From Azolla caroliniana (Eukaryota > Plantae > Polypodiophyta): a stretch of 64,000 bases of DNA. A program made the position numbers and the translations under genes. Position 1 is the first letter of the stretch, and each line of letters starts with the position of its first letter. Positions 10,831-23,849 of this stretch are shown here, piece by piece. Under the pieces are notes generated by a model. The model did not search any database. It was not told the origin of the DNA and saw nothing but the letters and a program-made list of their open reading frames with translations. The DNA is taken from contig JBHGNT010000002.1 of NCBI GenBank assembly GCA_043228905.1, forward strand, positions 20,894,001 through 20,958,000. The letters are read 5' to 3'.

Positions 10831-12706
10831 GCGCTGTTTGAAAATATGTGAGATTTTTGTGATCACTATAAATGATAATCTGATGAGGTGATCCTTCTAG
10901 AAAATGACGCCATTGCTCGAATGAGTTGACCACAGCTAGTAACTCCTTGTCATGCACCTCATAGTTTATCTCCGAAACAGTAAATTTTCTCGAGTGAAAC
11001 GCGACTGGATGTATCTGCCCGTCCTCGCCTGGTTGCGATAGGATACTCCCCAATGCAAAGTCTGATGCATCCGCCTCAACAGTAAATGGCTTTTCAGGAT
11101 CAATATGTGCTAGGATGGGTGCTGATGTGAATGCCTCTTTCAGCTGCGTAAAAGCCTTGTCTGCTTCGATACTCCAAAAAAATGCTTGATTTTTCTTGGT
11201 GAGTTGAGTAAGGGGCAACACAATGGTTGAATAATTATGTATGAATTTGCGATAGAAGTTCGCAAATCCGAGGAAACACTGGACATCCCGAATTGAGCAT
11301 GGGGGTTTCCATTCCAATATTGTTTGGACTTTTGCCGGGTCCATGAAAACACCATGGGATGAAATAGTGTATCCCAAAAATTCGACTTGTTTGCAATCAA
11401 AACTGCATTTCTCAAGTTTGGCGTAAAGACCATACTTCCTTAGGCGTTCAAGTACTTGCCGCACATGTATATCATGCTCCCCCTATGTTTTAGAGTAAAT
11501 CAATAGATCATCTAGGTAGATGATTAGAAAAATATCCAAGAAATCCCGGAAGATGTCATTTGCCATATGTTGAAATACGGCAGGTGCATTTGTGAGCCCG
11601 AAAGGCATGACTGTATACTCGAAATGACCATACTGAGTACGAAATGTTGTTTTCCACTCATCTCCCGGCCGAATTCGAACAAGATTATATGCACCCCTTA
11701 GATCAATTTTGGTAAAATGCTTTGCCCCACCAATGCGTTCCAAGAGATTGGAGATTAAAGGTAAAGCATACCTATTCCTTATGGTGACTTTATTTAAGCC
11801 TCGATAGTCCACGACCAAACCAAGGGAGCTGTCCTTTTTCTTCACAAAAAAGATAGGAGCACCAACTGGAGACTTTGAATGTCGAATAAACCCATGTGCA
11901 AGATTTTCCTCGATGTATTCTCGAAGAACCTCAAGCTCAGTGGGTGATAAATTGTAAATCAGACCCCACGGTGGCTCTTTTCCTGGTTGGAGATCAATAG
12001 GACAGTCGTACGGCCGATGCTTTGGAAGAACACTAGCTTTGACTTTGTCGAAAACATCAACATAGTCTTGATATTTTTTGGGAATTTGGATGTTTAAATT
12101 CCCTTGAGTGACACTAGAAGGTGTCACTGATACTGCAAATAAGAAAAGGTCCTCCTTGCCTCCCACTTGGCGCAATTGTTGCAATGTGATAGCTAAAATT
12201 TGAGGAGAAGGATATGGTGCATCAGTAGAACTATATACTTTGGGAGGATAATCCCGAGTTCGATCCTTGACAATGATATTTTCTACTAAAGGGCACCTAA
12301 TTTCTCGCTTCCTCCAATCGATTCTAGGGTTATGTAGCTCGAACCATGGCAAACCGAGGACAATTGGATGCTCAGGACTACGGATTATGTTAAAGGAAAC
12401 TACACATCCTAAATCACCCAAGAGTATGTGTATTGGCTCAGACTCTTCAAATATCTTCCCGGAAGCTATGGGGCGTCCATCAATCACTACTACGGAAACT
12501 TGACAAGGAAGTGTATGCAAGGATATTTGGTGTTTTTGGGCAAAATCTCTATCCATGAAACAAGAATCGGCTCCAGTATCTAAGAGGGCTTGGACTTGAA
12601 GTTGACAACTGGGTGTCCTAACTTGTACTAGGGCTGAGAAGACTCTACTAACATGCTTGGAAGTAATGGAACCCACACTAGGTTGTACATATCTAGGGTT
12701 GTCCAA
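10823..12706 (-). pseudogene. pol: PR-RT-RNase H of element B, one in-frame stop near 11483
   Basis: LLDTGA (PR), KIDLRGAYNLVRI, MPFGLTNAP, YLDD, VEADASDF, YSDHKNL. Confidence 0.92.
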
Positions 12707-12732
12707 CCAAATGGATCCTATTTTGGCCAGAC

Positions 12733-13851
12733 TTATTCGTTTGACTCCTCTTCTAATTGGCTTAGGACTTCAAATTTATTGGACAAGGGTGGATTATTCA
12801 TAATATTAGATTCACTAACTACTTCTAAAATGTTGGACTCATTTTTATTGTCATAGTGAATTTGATTTACCTGACGTCTCGGCTTACGGGAGCAATGAAT
12901 GGCTATATGTCCTGGACCTCCACAATATAAGCACAGATGGTTTGCTCGACGACGTTGCTTCTCTTCGTCTGACAACGGTCCTCGTCGTTGAGTTATATCG
13001 ATCTCCATGGGTGTAGGACTATCCATTGGGACTGGACTACGTGTTTGCCTTGGAGTTGGAGCAGGGCTATACATTTGCCTTGGGGATGATTGCGTCGTTA
13101 CTGATGCATAAGTTGGTGTGAATCTTGATCTTGTTATTTGTTGTTGTCTCTCACATCGACGCTCAAAAAGGCGATTATCACACAGTATTGCTCGACTAAT
13201 AACTTCTATAAGTGACCTTGGATCCTCGGGGAAGGTAAGAAGTAAGTCTTTGACATCACTACGAAGGCCTGAACGGAATTTCTCCATTAGGGCTTGTTCA
13301 TCCCAAGGAATATCGCTTGCGATGAGACAGAAATTGGCAGCATATGTTGAAGCTGGTTGATCACCTTGACGAAGTGTACGAATCTTGTTGATAGTTGTTC
13401 TTGCCCCATTAGTATCTCCGAAACAAGCCTTAAATTCCTTGATAAATTCCTCGAAATTATTCAGTAGAGGAGAATTGGTCTCTAGCAATGGAGCAAACCA
13501 CGACAACGCTATGCTAGTCAATAAAGTGCCCACTAGACCGACTCGTGATGCATCTGTTGGATAACGTGCGGGATGCATTTGAATCACCAACCGTACTTGA
13601 TTCAAAAAACCTCGGAAATGCACCCTTGACCGATAAAATTTAGCTGGGAGGCTAATTTTGGGCTCCTTGATAAGTCCCTGACCTTCAACCCTTTGTTGTT
13701 GTAACACGACGATTGTCGACTCTAACTGTTGCACTCGTCGTGTGAACTCCTCTTGTTGTTGTTGCTTCTCTATAGTAACCTTTTGTAGATCCCCAAGTAG
13801 ACGTTGATTCTCTACTTCAAGAGATGCGAACTTTGATTTAAGGTTCTCCAT
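12733..13851 (-). CDS. gag: Gag of element B
   Basis: PAKFYRSR...FRGFLNQ, LRQG, PMEID and CLYCGGPGHIAIHC zinc knuckle, typical of chromovirus gag. Confidence 0.9.
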   Translation of the reverse strand: MENLKSKFASLEVENQRLLGDLQKVTIEKQQQQEEFTRRVQQLESTIVVLQQQRVEGQGLIKEPKISLPAKFYRSRVHFRGFLNQVRLVIQMHPARYPTDASRVGLVGTLLTSIALSWFAPLLETNSPLLNNFEEFIKEFKACFGDTNGARTTINKIRTLRQGDQPASTYAANFCLIASDIPWDEQALMEKFRSGLRSDVKDLLLTFPEDPRSLIEVISRAILCDNRLFERRCERQQQITRSRFTPTYASVTTQSSPRQMYSPAPTPRQTRSPVPMDSPTPMEIDITQRRGPLSDEEKQRRRANHLCLYCGGPGHIAIHCSRKPRRQVNQIHYDNKNESNILEVVSESNIMNNPPLSNKFEVLSQLEEESNE

Positions 13852-16800
13852 TTCTGCAACAAGGGTGAGATATTCTTCTTAGTTAATGGCAGCCATGGTT
13901 TCAGGATGGTTACAAAGGAGGATAAGAGAGAGAGAGAGAGAGAATTCAAATCAAACTGTTCATGACACAGGGTACACATCCGCACTAAGCCGAGAGGGGT
14001 CTGCATCATCATGATATCCCTTCTCTCCACGACTAGTTGGAACTGATCGTACCCCGAGTACAGATCACTGACCGATTAGATTGACCTTCCGGCGAAGGCT
14101 TCCGCGAACTCATCTATTGTCGGTCTGATACGTGCATTACGAATGGTCACCCTGTTGACTGGTTGCAGGTCCTGAATGAAGCGCAGCGTGCCGTTCTTCT
14201 TCGGCACTGTAAACCACTGATTCGAATACGAGGCACTCGACGGTTCGAGGATGCCCATCTCCACTTTATGCTTCAGTAGCTCCATCAACTTTGGCATGTG
14301 AGCTCTTGGTACTGGAATCGGCTTGAGATTCCATGGCACATGCGGCACCGTGAATATCACCATCGGCTCCACGATCATCGGGTCTACGCACCCGATCTCC
14401 TTCGGCGAGAATGCGAAGGCTTTCTTGTGCCTTCCGAGCATCCTCCGAAACCGGTCCTCCTCCGCTAGTAGTAGAAACCCACCCCCACCGACCTTGAGCT
14501 CCCATCAGTGTCCTATGCCGACCGGTTGACGTAAACTTGGGTCCAATGCGACCCCCTTTATCCGCTCTACGCTGCCCTTTGGCAAGGGTGCCGTGACTAG
14601 TCTCACCTTCCGGTCCACATTCTTGTACTTGGTATCCACATGGGCCGTCCGATTGGACCCTACCTTTTCCATGAAGTCAGCAATGAGTTCTTACATCTCC
14701 ATTGAACTAACTGGAACTACCCGGTCTTCACTAAGGCCTCCTTCAACAAACTCGCGTAATTCCCCCAAGGTGTCATCGAAGGAGACCGCCTCCACGACAC
14801 TGCCAATCTCTTCGTCGGGGCCGAGGACCCCGAACGCCCTGAGTCTTCCTTCCACCCGCTTCTTTTCCCGGCCATTGATGCAGGCTATGGTACAACCTCC
14901 GTTATCGGAGAACCAAAATCTTCTACCTATGGTACACGAGTGGGGTTCTTCCGGGGTGTCCAGACTATTGCGGCCCCACGCCTTGATAGCCCTCTCTAAA
15001 AATCCCCTCGACTCTCGCCGCCGAGGGTCTCATGGTTGCGCTCATGGCTTGGCCTCATCATCAAAATTTGAACGGAGCGTTGTCCGTCCTGGCTCTTCAT
15101 GCGCTCGTACGCCGATCCGTTGTTAAGCACCTTCGTTTCCATCTGTGCCGCCGTAATGTATGGCTCGCCGAGTATCACTGGGTGTGAGGAGGTCTCCTGC
15201 ACAAAGAAGTGTTGATCTATTTCAACATCGCTGATCTTTACGCGTACATTCGGGCACGCACCCTGCAGCTCCTCCGTAGCTCGTGTTGTCGCGCGTATCT
15301 TCCACCCGTGCTTGGTGTTGATCGGCCAGTTCCCCTTTTTGTAGAAGTCCATGGACATCAAGTTGATCTCCGAGCCATGGTCTATCAATGTCACCACCGG
15401 CTCCTGCACGTCCCCAACCCGGACAGGCGTCTCTGTGGTGGGCCTTGCCCAATGCGGCTTCGCGTAGTAGCTGTCCGTCAACTCGTCCTCTAGGGCCATG
15501 TCTTCTACGTGCGTCGTCCGCACCTCCACGAGCTTCTCCGGCTCCGGCTCTGTTGAGAGCCGCTTCTGCTTCACCAAGTCCACAATGGAGTTGTGTAACT
15601 CCTTCTTGGCGATTCCAAGCACCTCCCTCAGTGACAACTCCATCTTGCTGTCGAGAATCCGCTCCTTGAGGACCTTCCCCAGGTCTGTTGACCTCTCAAT
15701 CTCCGTGCTCAGCCGGTAACCGACCCTTTTCGTTTTATTTGGCACCCCGGTGTTGCCAACATCGTTCTACTTTGGTCCGAACTGGGTCTCGTACCGTTGT
15801 GAGGGACCGGCGCCTCCAGCCCTCCCCGCGCGCTTGTCTTCTACCAGAACCTCATAGTTCTGGCATGCGGCTTCGACGAAGCCAGTCTTTTCTTCAACCG
15901 GATCGTCCAATCCGGTGACCTCTCAGATACGTAGTTCCGCGCGGTCCGCCTCCTCTTTCTTTAGCCGTACCCTGGAGAGGCCTTCCAACACCAGCGGCCA
16001 GAATCCAGAGTCTTTCGCCTTCTGGCCCTCGTCACCCTCGACCCGGATACCCGCCAACGCGGAGTAGTGGACGACTCTGCATGTCGCTCCGCAGCTTCTT
16101 CCATCAAACGCTTCATCCCGCCGCGCTCGGTGTTCAACTCTAGGGCTTTCCGTGTGTCGCCGGCATGCACCCGCCCATTCTAGAGGTACACCACGTTGGC
16201 CCGGAGTGCCTTTGCGAAATCCGCACATTTTTTCTGGATGTGACCGACTACGTCACACCACATGCATCGTTGCCCTGTCAGCGGCCTCCGGTCACGAGGT
16301 TGATCGTCGCTATCCCTCCGTGCTTGTGCGATCTGGAGGTCACACACCATTTGTGTCAACTATTCCAGAGCCGCTCCTCTGGAAGAGCCTTGAACCACTC
16401 CGCTCGAGGTTGGGCCCGTCTCGAGCCAATTCCGAATCTCTTCCTTCCCAATCGGCACCGATACCGGCTCCTCGAGCTTCCTTGCCGGGACCGGCCTCGA
16501 CACTGTCGACCCCTCATTGCTCCACTCGTGCCGCTTGTCAAAACGGGCATAGACCCCTTTGACCATGGCCCAGTCAGCCGTGAGGCCGTCATCCGTCTCC
16601 AATAGGAGAGCCACCTTCTGCCGATCTAGCGCGTGCACCGACTTGACGAACAACAAGACCCTGCTCGTGTCGAGCACGATCCGATCCTGCGCCGACAACG
16701 TAGCGAATTGTTGTTCGAATTCCTGGAGGAGCACCGACGCATTCCTCCCCTTTCCAGGGCTCTCAACCCAAGCCATGAAGTCCTACTTCGACAGCCGAAG

Positions 16801-17173
16801 TGAATCGTTGTACCCGTACTTCTCAAGGAGCCGCCCCTCGAGCTCCACCCAGGCCTAGAATCTGGCCAACACCTCGAGCACCTCTGCGTGGATGCTCGGC
16901 GTCTCCACTCGAGGGAATCTGGACAGTCATCTGTCCTCCGGGATGTCCCTCATGATCATTTCGGTCTGATAGGCCTCCAAATAGCTCGTGGAATTCTTCC
17001 CACCGAATCGGCCTATGGTGCTGACAATCGATTCTACGGCCCTATCAAGGGCACCCGTTCCCTCACGAGCACTCACTAGCCGGTCGACGGCTATTGCCAT
17101 AGCTTCAGCAAGCTCGGATCCCCTCATCTTCAACTCCTTTGCCGCCTTCTTTCACGTCGGGTTCACCAAATTA

Positions 17174-17795
17174 TGTCGTGTTGTTACGCTCTCATGTGTG
17201 AAATGAGGCAGGACCGCGGGGCCCTGAACCAAGGAGCCTGAGAAAAGAAGAGGGAGCGCGATTCACATAAACACACAGAGAGAGACGGGAACAAAAGATT
17301 TAATTACAATGTCAACAACGATTACAACCGGCAAACCAGCAACAAACTCAAAACGGAGGTCCCACGCACACACTCAGACGACACAAAGAACGCACAGTGG
17401 AGCCTCTACTGGAAGCACAAGGGCTTACACGCGGCAGAGGCAACCGACACAGAAACGTAGTGGAGAGCAACGGTTGAGGAGGAGAGAGCTCAGTCCCCAA
17501 TCCGACAACACTTCGTCCTCGCCAAAAACGCAATATCTTCTTCTTCTTCTCCCCTCCCTTTTATAGGTCGCCGAGGAGGCCGTTACATCCAAACACATCA
17601 ACTTTATTCTCTGTCCTTTCGGACCGAGATACGCATCGATTCCCTAGACAATTAATACCCTTCCTAGTACATATGTACATCAGCCGATCTATTCCTAGCT
17701 ATGTACAATTTGTAAACACACACACACACACGCGAAAAGGATTGGGTCATGCCTCCTCCCCTCGATTCCTCCTAGGGGTGGTTTTCTCCACGACA
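17174..17795 (-). repeat. 5' LTR of element A
   Basis: TGTCGTG...CACGACA next to the Trp PBS; related to the H LTRs. Confidence 0.88.
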
Positions 17796-20700
17796 TCGTG
17801 ATTGTAAGCGACAAAGTCCGTTTTGCATATTCTGCAAAAAGAAGGGTCATATAAAAGACCAATGCTGGAAGCTCCAACGAAAAGAGCATGACAACAAAAC
17901 CAAAGTTGCAGATAATAAAGGTCAGATTCCTAATGTCCATGAGGTCTATACACATCATTTAAGTAATTGTAAATGTTATTTCCCTCAGTATGTATTGGGA
18001 CCCAATGATTTACTACATGCAAATGGGTATATCAATGGATCTTCCATACAATTTTTATTTGATTCGGGAAGCTCACACAACTTTGTGAATGATCGTTTGG
18101 TTCAAATATCGGGAATCCAACCCACTTTATAGGTGCACTTGGATGATGGAAGAGTACAATACATCAACGGGGCGATTTATTCATTAGGAATTTCTATTGA
18201 TACTTATATAGAGGAAGTAGACTTCCATGTAATGAATGTTTGTACCATTGATGTAATACTAGGTTATCCTTGGTTTTTTAATAAAAATTCTTCTTTATCT
18301 ATTGATTGGGTTCACCATTCCATTACCTTTGTATTGAACGATTGTACTCATTTTATTCAATGTGTAAATAAACAATCTCTTTCGATTGTTTCCTCTCCAT
18401 CAATATTCGAGTTGTCTTGTTCTTCTTTATTTTATTGTGTACTTGATCCAAACATTCATGTTTATAATATCAATAATGTCTTGGGTCAATTATCATATTT
18501 TAAACAACAACAATTGGATGAAATCTTAAATGATTTTCGTGATGTTTTTCCGAGTGAACTACCAGATGGGTTTCCTCCTAAACGTACTATAGAACATTGT
18601 ATAGATATTGTACCTGGCTTTGCACCAATAAGTATACCTCCTAATCACTTAAGTCAATCCAAATAGGATGAGGTATCTAAGCAACTCAAGGACTATTTAC
18701 GAATGGGTTATATACCTTAAAGTAAATCTCCATGGGGTGCACATGTGCTCTTGGTAAAAAAGAAAGAGGGCACATGGTGTATGGGTATTAATTATTGATG
18801 CTTGAATAAAGTGACGATCAAGAATTCATATCCATAGCCCTGGGTTGACGATCTGATTGACCGTCTCCAGGGAGCTCAGTATTTTACGAAACTTGATCTC
18901 CGTACGGGCTACCATCAAATTCGTATAAGTGAGGAAGATGTTCCTAAAATGACATTCGTACGTGCTATGGCCATTATGAGTTTTTGGTTATGCCTTTTGG
19001 TTTGACCAATGGTCTGACCACATTTCAACAAGAAATGAATGACGTTTTCCAAGAACAACTTGGAAAATTTGCCATTATTTTCTTGGATGATATTCTAGTT
19101 TATAGCCGTACATTAGAAGAACATACTAAACAAATCCACTTTGTTTTACAAACATTGCATGATAAACAATTCTATGCGAAGATCTCAAAATGTGAGTTCT
19201 TCAAGAAATCAATTACTTATCTTGGACATTTCATAACTAAATGAGGAGTTGAAATTGATCCTTCTCGCATTGCGCAAGTCAAACTTTGGCCCAGTCTTCG
19301 GAATATTCAAAAAGTTCGATCATTCCTTGGTTTTGTCGGGTTTTTGCGAAAATCTCTTTGTAATTGTACTCCCAATTGACGACACCGTTTATTGATCTTC
19401 TCAAAGGTCAAACACGTAAGTCTACAAAACCTATTGTGTGGAATGCTACACTAGACCTCACCTTTAAGGAATTCAAGGACCTGGTGTGCAAGGTTCCTTT
19501 GCTTTTTTTACCAGATCCTTCAAAACCTTTTTAGGTTGAAACCTTTTCAGGTGCCGTCCTGTATGAAGATGGTAAACCAATAGCATTTGAGAGTAAGAAA
19601 CTTGATTGTACTCAGTGTCAATATATTGTGCAAGAAAAAGAATTATTTGCAGTTATTCATGCGCTCAAGACATGGCACCATTATCTTTATGGAAATCATT
19701 TTGTGGTAACTACGGACCACGAGTTCTTGAAATATTTTTGTGACCAATAAGACCTGAAAGGTCGTAAGGTAGGATGGGTAGATCTCATCCATGACTTTGA
19801 TTTTTCCATATGATATCGTAAAGGTTCCATGAACGCTATCGCTGATGCACCAAGTCACATCCGTGAAGTTAACATGCTTAGCTTCACTAAAATAACATCA
19901 TATCTTTATGATCACCTTTGAGGAAAGTATCCTGATGACAGTTATTTTGCGAAATACTGGGCAAGATTTGAGTCTGGAATAGACACCACCACATCCTCGA
20001 AGGAATCCTTCAACATTGCTAACTATCTCCTCTACCGTAATGGGAAGGTTTGTGTTCCAAATTTGCCTGAGGTCAAAAAGAGAATTCTTTTTGAATGCCA
20101 TGATGCATCCTCAGTAGGGCACCCTGGAATACATCACACACTCGTTCTCATCTCCACTCAATTCTATTGGCCGAAGAAGCATCCTGACATACATAATTAT
20201 GTGACTAAATGTCACTAGTGTCAAGTTAACAAAGTCAAACGACTTAAAGCTGCAAGACTTTTACATTCCTTGGACATTCCCAATAATAAGTGGGAAAGTA
20301 TATCCATGGATTTTATTGTTAGCATTCCTCGCACCCAAAAAGGTCATGATGCCATCTGGGTTGTGGTTGATCGACTATAAAAAATGGCCAGATTTATTGC
20401 TACAAAAACCACGGTAACAGCTCCTAAATTGGCTTACCAACTTATTGATGAGTTATTTTGTTTTTATGGATTACGGATGGATATCGTGAGTGATCGAGAT
20501 CCAAAGTTTACTAGTGACTTTTGGACACAAGTCTTTAATAAGTTAGAAACTACATTGAGCATGAGCTCCATGGATCATCCTCAATCTGATGGACAGACAG
20601 AATGAGTAAATAAAATTATTGAGGACATGCTCTGTGCATATGTTGGTACAAAACCAACAAAATGGGAATGTTATCTCCCAATTTTGGAGTTTGCTTATAA

Positions 20701-21823
20701 CAACTCCAACCATACATCGACGAGATATAGTCATTTTATGTTGATGTATGGTTTTCAGCTATGAACTCGATTGATGTTAATATACATCATGATGAGTTGC
20801 CAAGTACACAACTTTCTTCGGGATATGCAAGATATGTTGCACATTGCACGAGATAATATAAAAATAGCTCAAGATAGAGCACATTTTTATGTTGATCATT
20901 ATAAGTAACCTCGTGTATTTAACCCTGGACAGAAGGTATTTTTACGTGTACTTAACAATTCTAAGACATTGTCAACGGGTAAGTGCGCTAAGTTAGCCCC
21001 ATTGTTTTGTTGACCTTTTACAGTTCTCAAATGCATTGCTTCATCAACCTATCGTCTCAATCTTCCTGATGGCATTGATATCCATCAAGTTTTTCATGTA
21101 AGTTATCTAAAAGAACTTCTTGGTTCTGGCGACAATACAGTTACAGTAGAAACTCTGGTTACTTTTGAAGAATTATCTTCTAAACCACATGTACTAGAAA
21201 GAATTTTTGATGTTAGAAAAAAATTTGCGTTCGAAAATAATCCGAGAATTTAAAATTAAATGGATGGATAAATCTATTAAAGATGGCACATGGGAACATG
21301 AAAATACTCTTAGAAGTAACTTCCTAACTTTCCATTGCAAGAGTGCAATGTTTTAAAGAGGGGGAGTATGTTATGGGCATGACCGTATAATATCCCGTGG
21401 TGAGCATGTATCGTAGTGTTCTATACACGTGGATAAAGTGTGAGGGTTAAATGAGAGTGTAAAGAAGGGGAGGATTACTTTTAATACTCGGCATTGAGCA
21501 ACCCATTAGGCCAAGTGTGAACTTGCATGGGGGCCTTGGGTCTGGCTATAAATGTGAGGCCTAGCTACTCTCATTTCATCATCTCTTGACTACATTGAGA
21601 CTCCATTCTTGTGGTGGGTCAACTCTTGTGGTGAGCGCGACAACACTAGGTACAACTCGACGCCACGTCGGTGGTATGTGATGTTGATCAAGGCTCGAGT
21701 CCATCTCGATCCCTTCACTCGGGGGTGGTCAGGTGGATCGACACCCTTCTTTCTCTCTCTCCTTTCTATCTATCTATTTTTTATATCCTTATCTCATGCT
21801 TACTTTAGATCTAAGCTCTAACA
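17796..21823 (+). mobile_element. Old degenerate chromovirus-type Gypsy D (pol + 3' LTR)
   Basis: Many stops. DSGSSHNF (PR, about 18061), [49 protein letters not shown], chromodomain remnant KIKW...TWE. PPT about 21355-21368; LTR TGTTA...TAACA 21369-21823. Confidence 0.88.
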
Positions 21824-23849
21824 CGTGCACTATGCATTTATGATTAACAAGGTTGTGCCCATTGCGACTCTCACTCTTGGTCAGGAAATCTTCAAGAAGC
21901 TAACAAAGACATAACATATGCGGCTCCCTACCGAATTTAATGAGGAAAACAAATAAACACCCCCAATAACCAAAGGTAAATACAAGTTGAAGTAATTTCA
22001 TCTTGTTGACTTGAACACATGTTTTTGGTTACAACAAGGTAAGTTGAAATCAAAGAGCATCATAACAACTAACTTGAGCACAAACATGATCGTCAACAAT
22101 GTAAGTGACTAGTGCATAAGGAAGCAAGTCTTGAGTAAAGAAGATTTAGTCATCGTGAAATGGATATCTCAAGTGAAGAATATGTGATCGAGAAAACAAA
22201 ATCAAATCATGTGAACTTTAACACCAACACACTTGAGGGATAGACATGTTCAAAAGGCAATAGACAAATACATGCTTGAGTGCAAAACAATTTATCAGCG
22301 ACCAACGCTATTGGTAGAAAAATGGGCTCATGAAGTGGAGACTACTTTAATATGTAGCTCTCATAAAAAGAAAAAACAAAAATTGAAGAACAATGCGTTT
22401 AGAGACAAGATACATGCGTTGTAGAGCACATTCCTCTTAAGAGAATAAAAATAAATAGAAAACAAAAATCAAGCAAGGTCAAAATTCTACCATGAACATC
22501 CCATCAAATGTTGGCTCTCAACCAACGCACTACCTCCCCCACCTCCGTAATAGAGTTGATGCATGAACATTTTCATCAACCTATGGTGGATGTGCTCCTT
22601 GATTTGTACCCCCTAATGTAACTTACCCCATATCCCCAACATTTGCACCCCATCCCCTTTTGCCTCGATGTGTTTCTATTCTCCTTCCCCTACAACTATC
22701 CCTTGGTGAAGACATCCAACCCCCACTATCCCTTGCCGAAACTATCAATATGTTCATCAATAGTGTAGTAAGAAGTCAACATGGCTTTAGCATCTTTAGC
22801 TTAACTTCTTTCTTCTTCTTGGCATCCAATTCATTCGACCTTAATAACACATCCTTGACATGGCCCAACCCATATTTAGTTATAATTCACATTGTGCTCC
22901 TTATCAAAGCATGGGAATGGTTACATGACATGAAAAATCCTACCTCTAAACCACCCAACAAGCAACCTCTGTAATGTCGCCACTTCTTTGACAATCCACA
23001 CATGAACACATAGCCTAAAAATTGATGTGCTACCCACTCTTCCAATTCACAAACCCCACTTTTACCCCCTCCCATGATGATACCCTTGGTTAGATTACAA
23101 AACTAGCAAGAGGATGTCCCTAGAACTCCTCTATAATCGTCTTGCCTTTCCTACACTTTACCAACACAAATGAACAAAACCTTGGATTCTGAAGGTCATG
23201 AAAAACTTCATCAATGACTACAACATCCCATTATGATTCAAATTATACTCATGTCAAAGCAAGGGGATGGTTCCATGGCATGCTTAAAAATGAAAGGTAG
23301 GTCAATAAGCACATATTACAAACATTTTAAAATGGAGGATAAGAATTAATAATCAAATAGGTAATCTAGCCCCAAATATTCTCTCTCTCAAATTAATGCC
23401 ATCATGAATGTTATACACAATGGTGAAGACACATTCATAATTTGGCCTCTTTAAACAACAACGACTACTTTAAATTGTGAGACTATTCATAATAAATAAA
23501 TTCTACGCCTTCCCAACATGTGTCCTCTCTGGTCAGTAAACCATGAATTCCAAATTAGGGGTTATCTACAGAATTCAGATTATGTTTTTAGCAATGTCTT
23601 AACTAAATCAAGAGAAACATCTTTCCATGCATTAAGAACAGATCGAGCAAATTTGTCTTCCCAGTTTGTACTAGATGTGCATGGGCAGAATTAGATCATG
23701 GGCAAGCACAATCTATAGGTGCATGGACAATAACCTATAGATCAACAATATAAGGGGTGGGAAGATAATGTATTCTGCAATACAAAATGCCCTTTCCAAA
23801 AATAAACTACTTCCATTAGTTAAGAAAAAATACATAGGATAATATACAA

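Larger units (their letters stand above)
929..13967 (-). mobile_element. Chromovirus-type Gypsy element B inserted in the RT of A
   Basis: Ends TGTCA...TGACA with 5-bp TSD CAGGG (924-928 / 13968-13972). gag 12733-13851, PR-RT 11483-12706, RT-RH 10823-11464, integrase-chromodomain 9187-10186. Confidence 0.92.
1..17795 (-). mobile_element. Ty3/Gypsy LTR retrotransposon A (tRNA-Trp primed), degenerate, interrupted by element B; 3' part lies left of the window
   Basis: RT-RNaseH fragment 1-928 (ITMPFLDD, FLGLCAFY, VTVDTSPTG) rejoins 13968+ (VRMCTL|P) across TSD CAGGG. RT N-terminus 14076-14441, protease 14996-15745 (LIDHGSEINLM), broken gag 15923-17133, PBS 17152-17168, 5' LTR 17174-17795. Confidence 0.9.
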
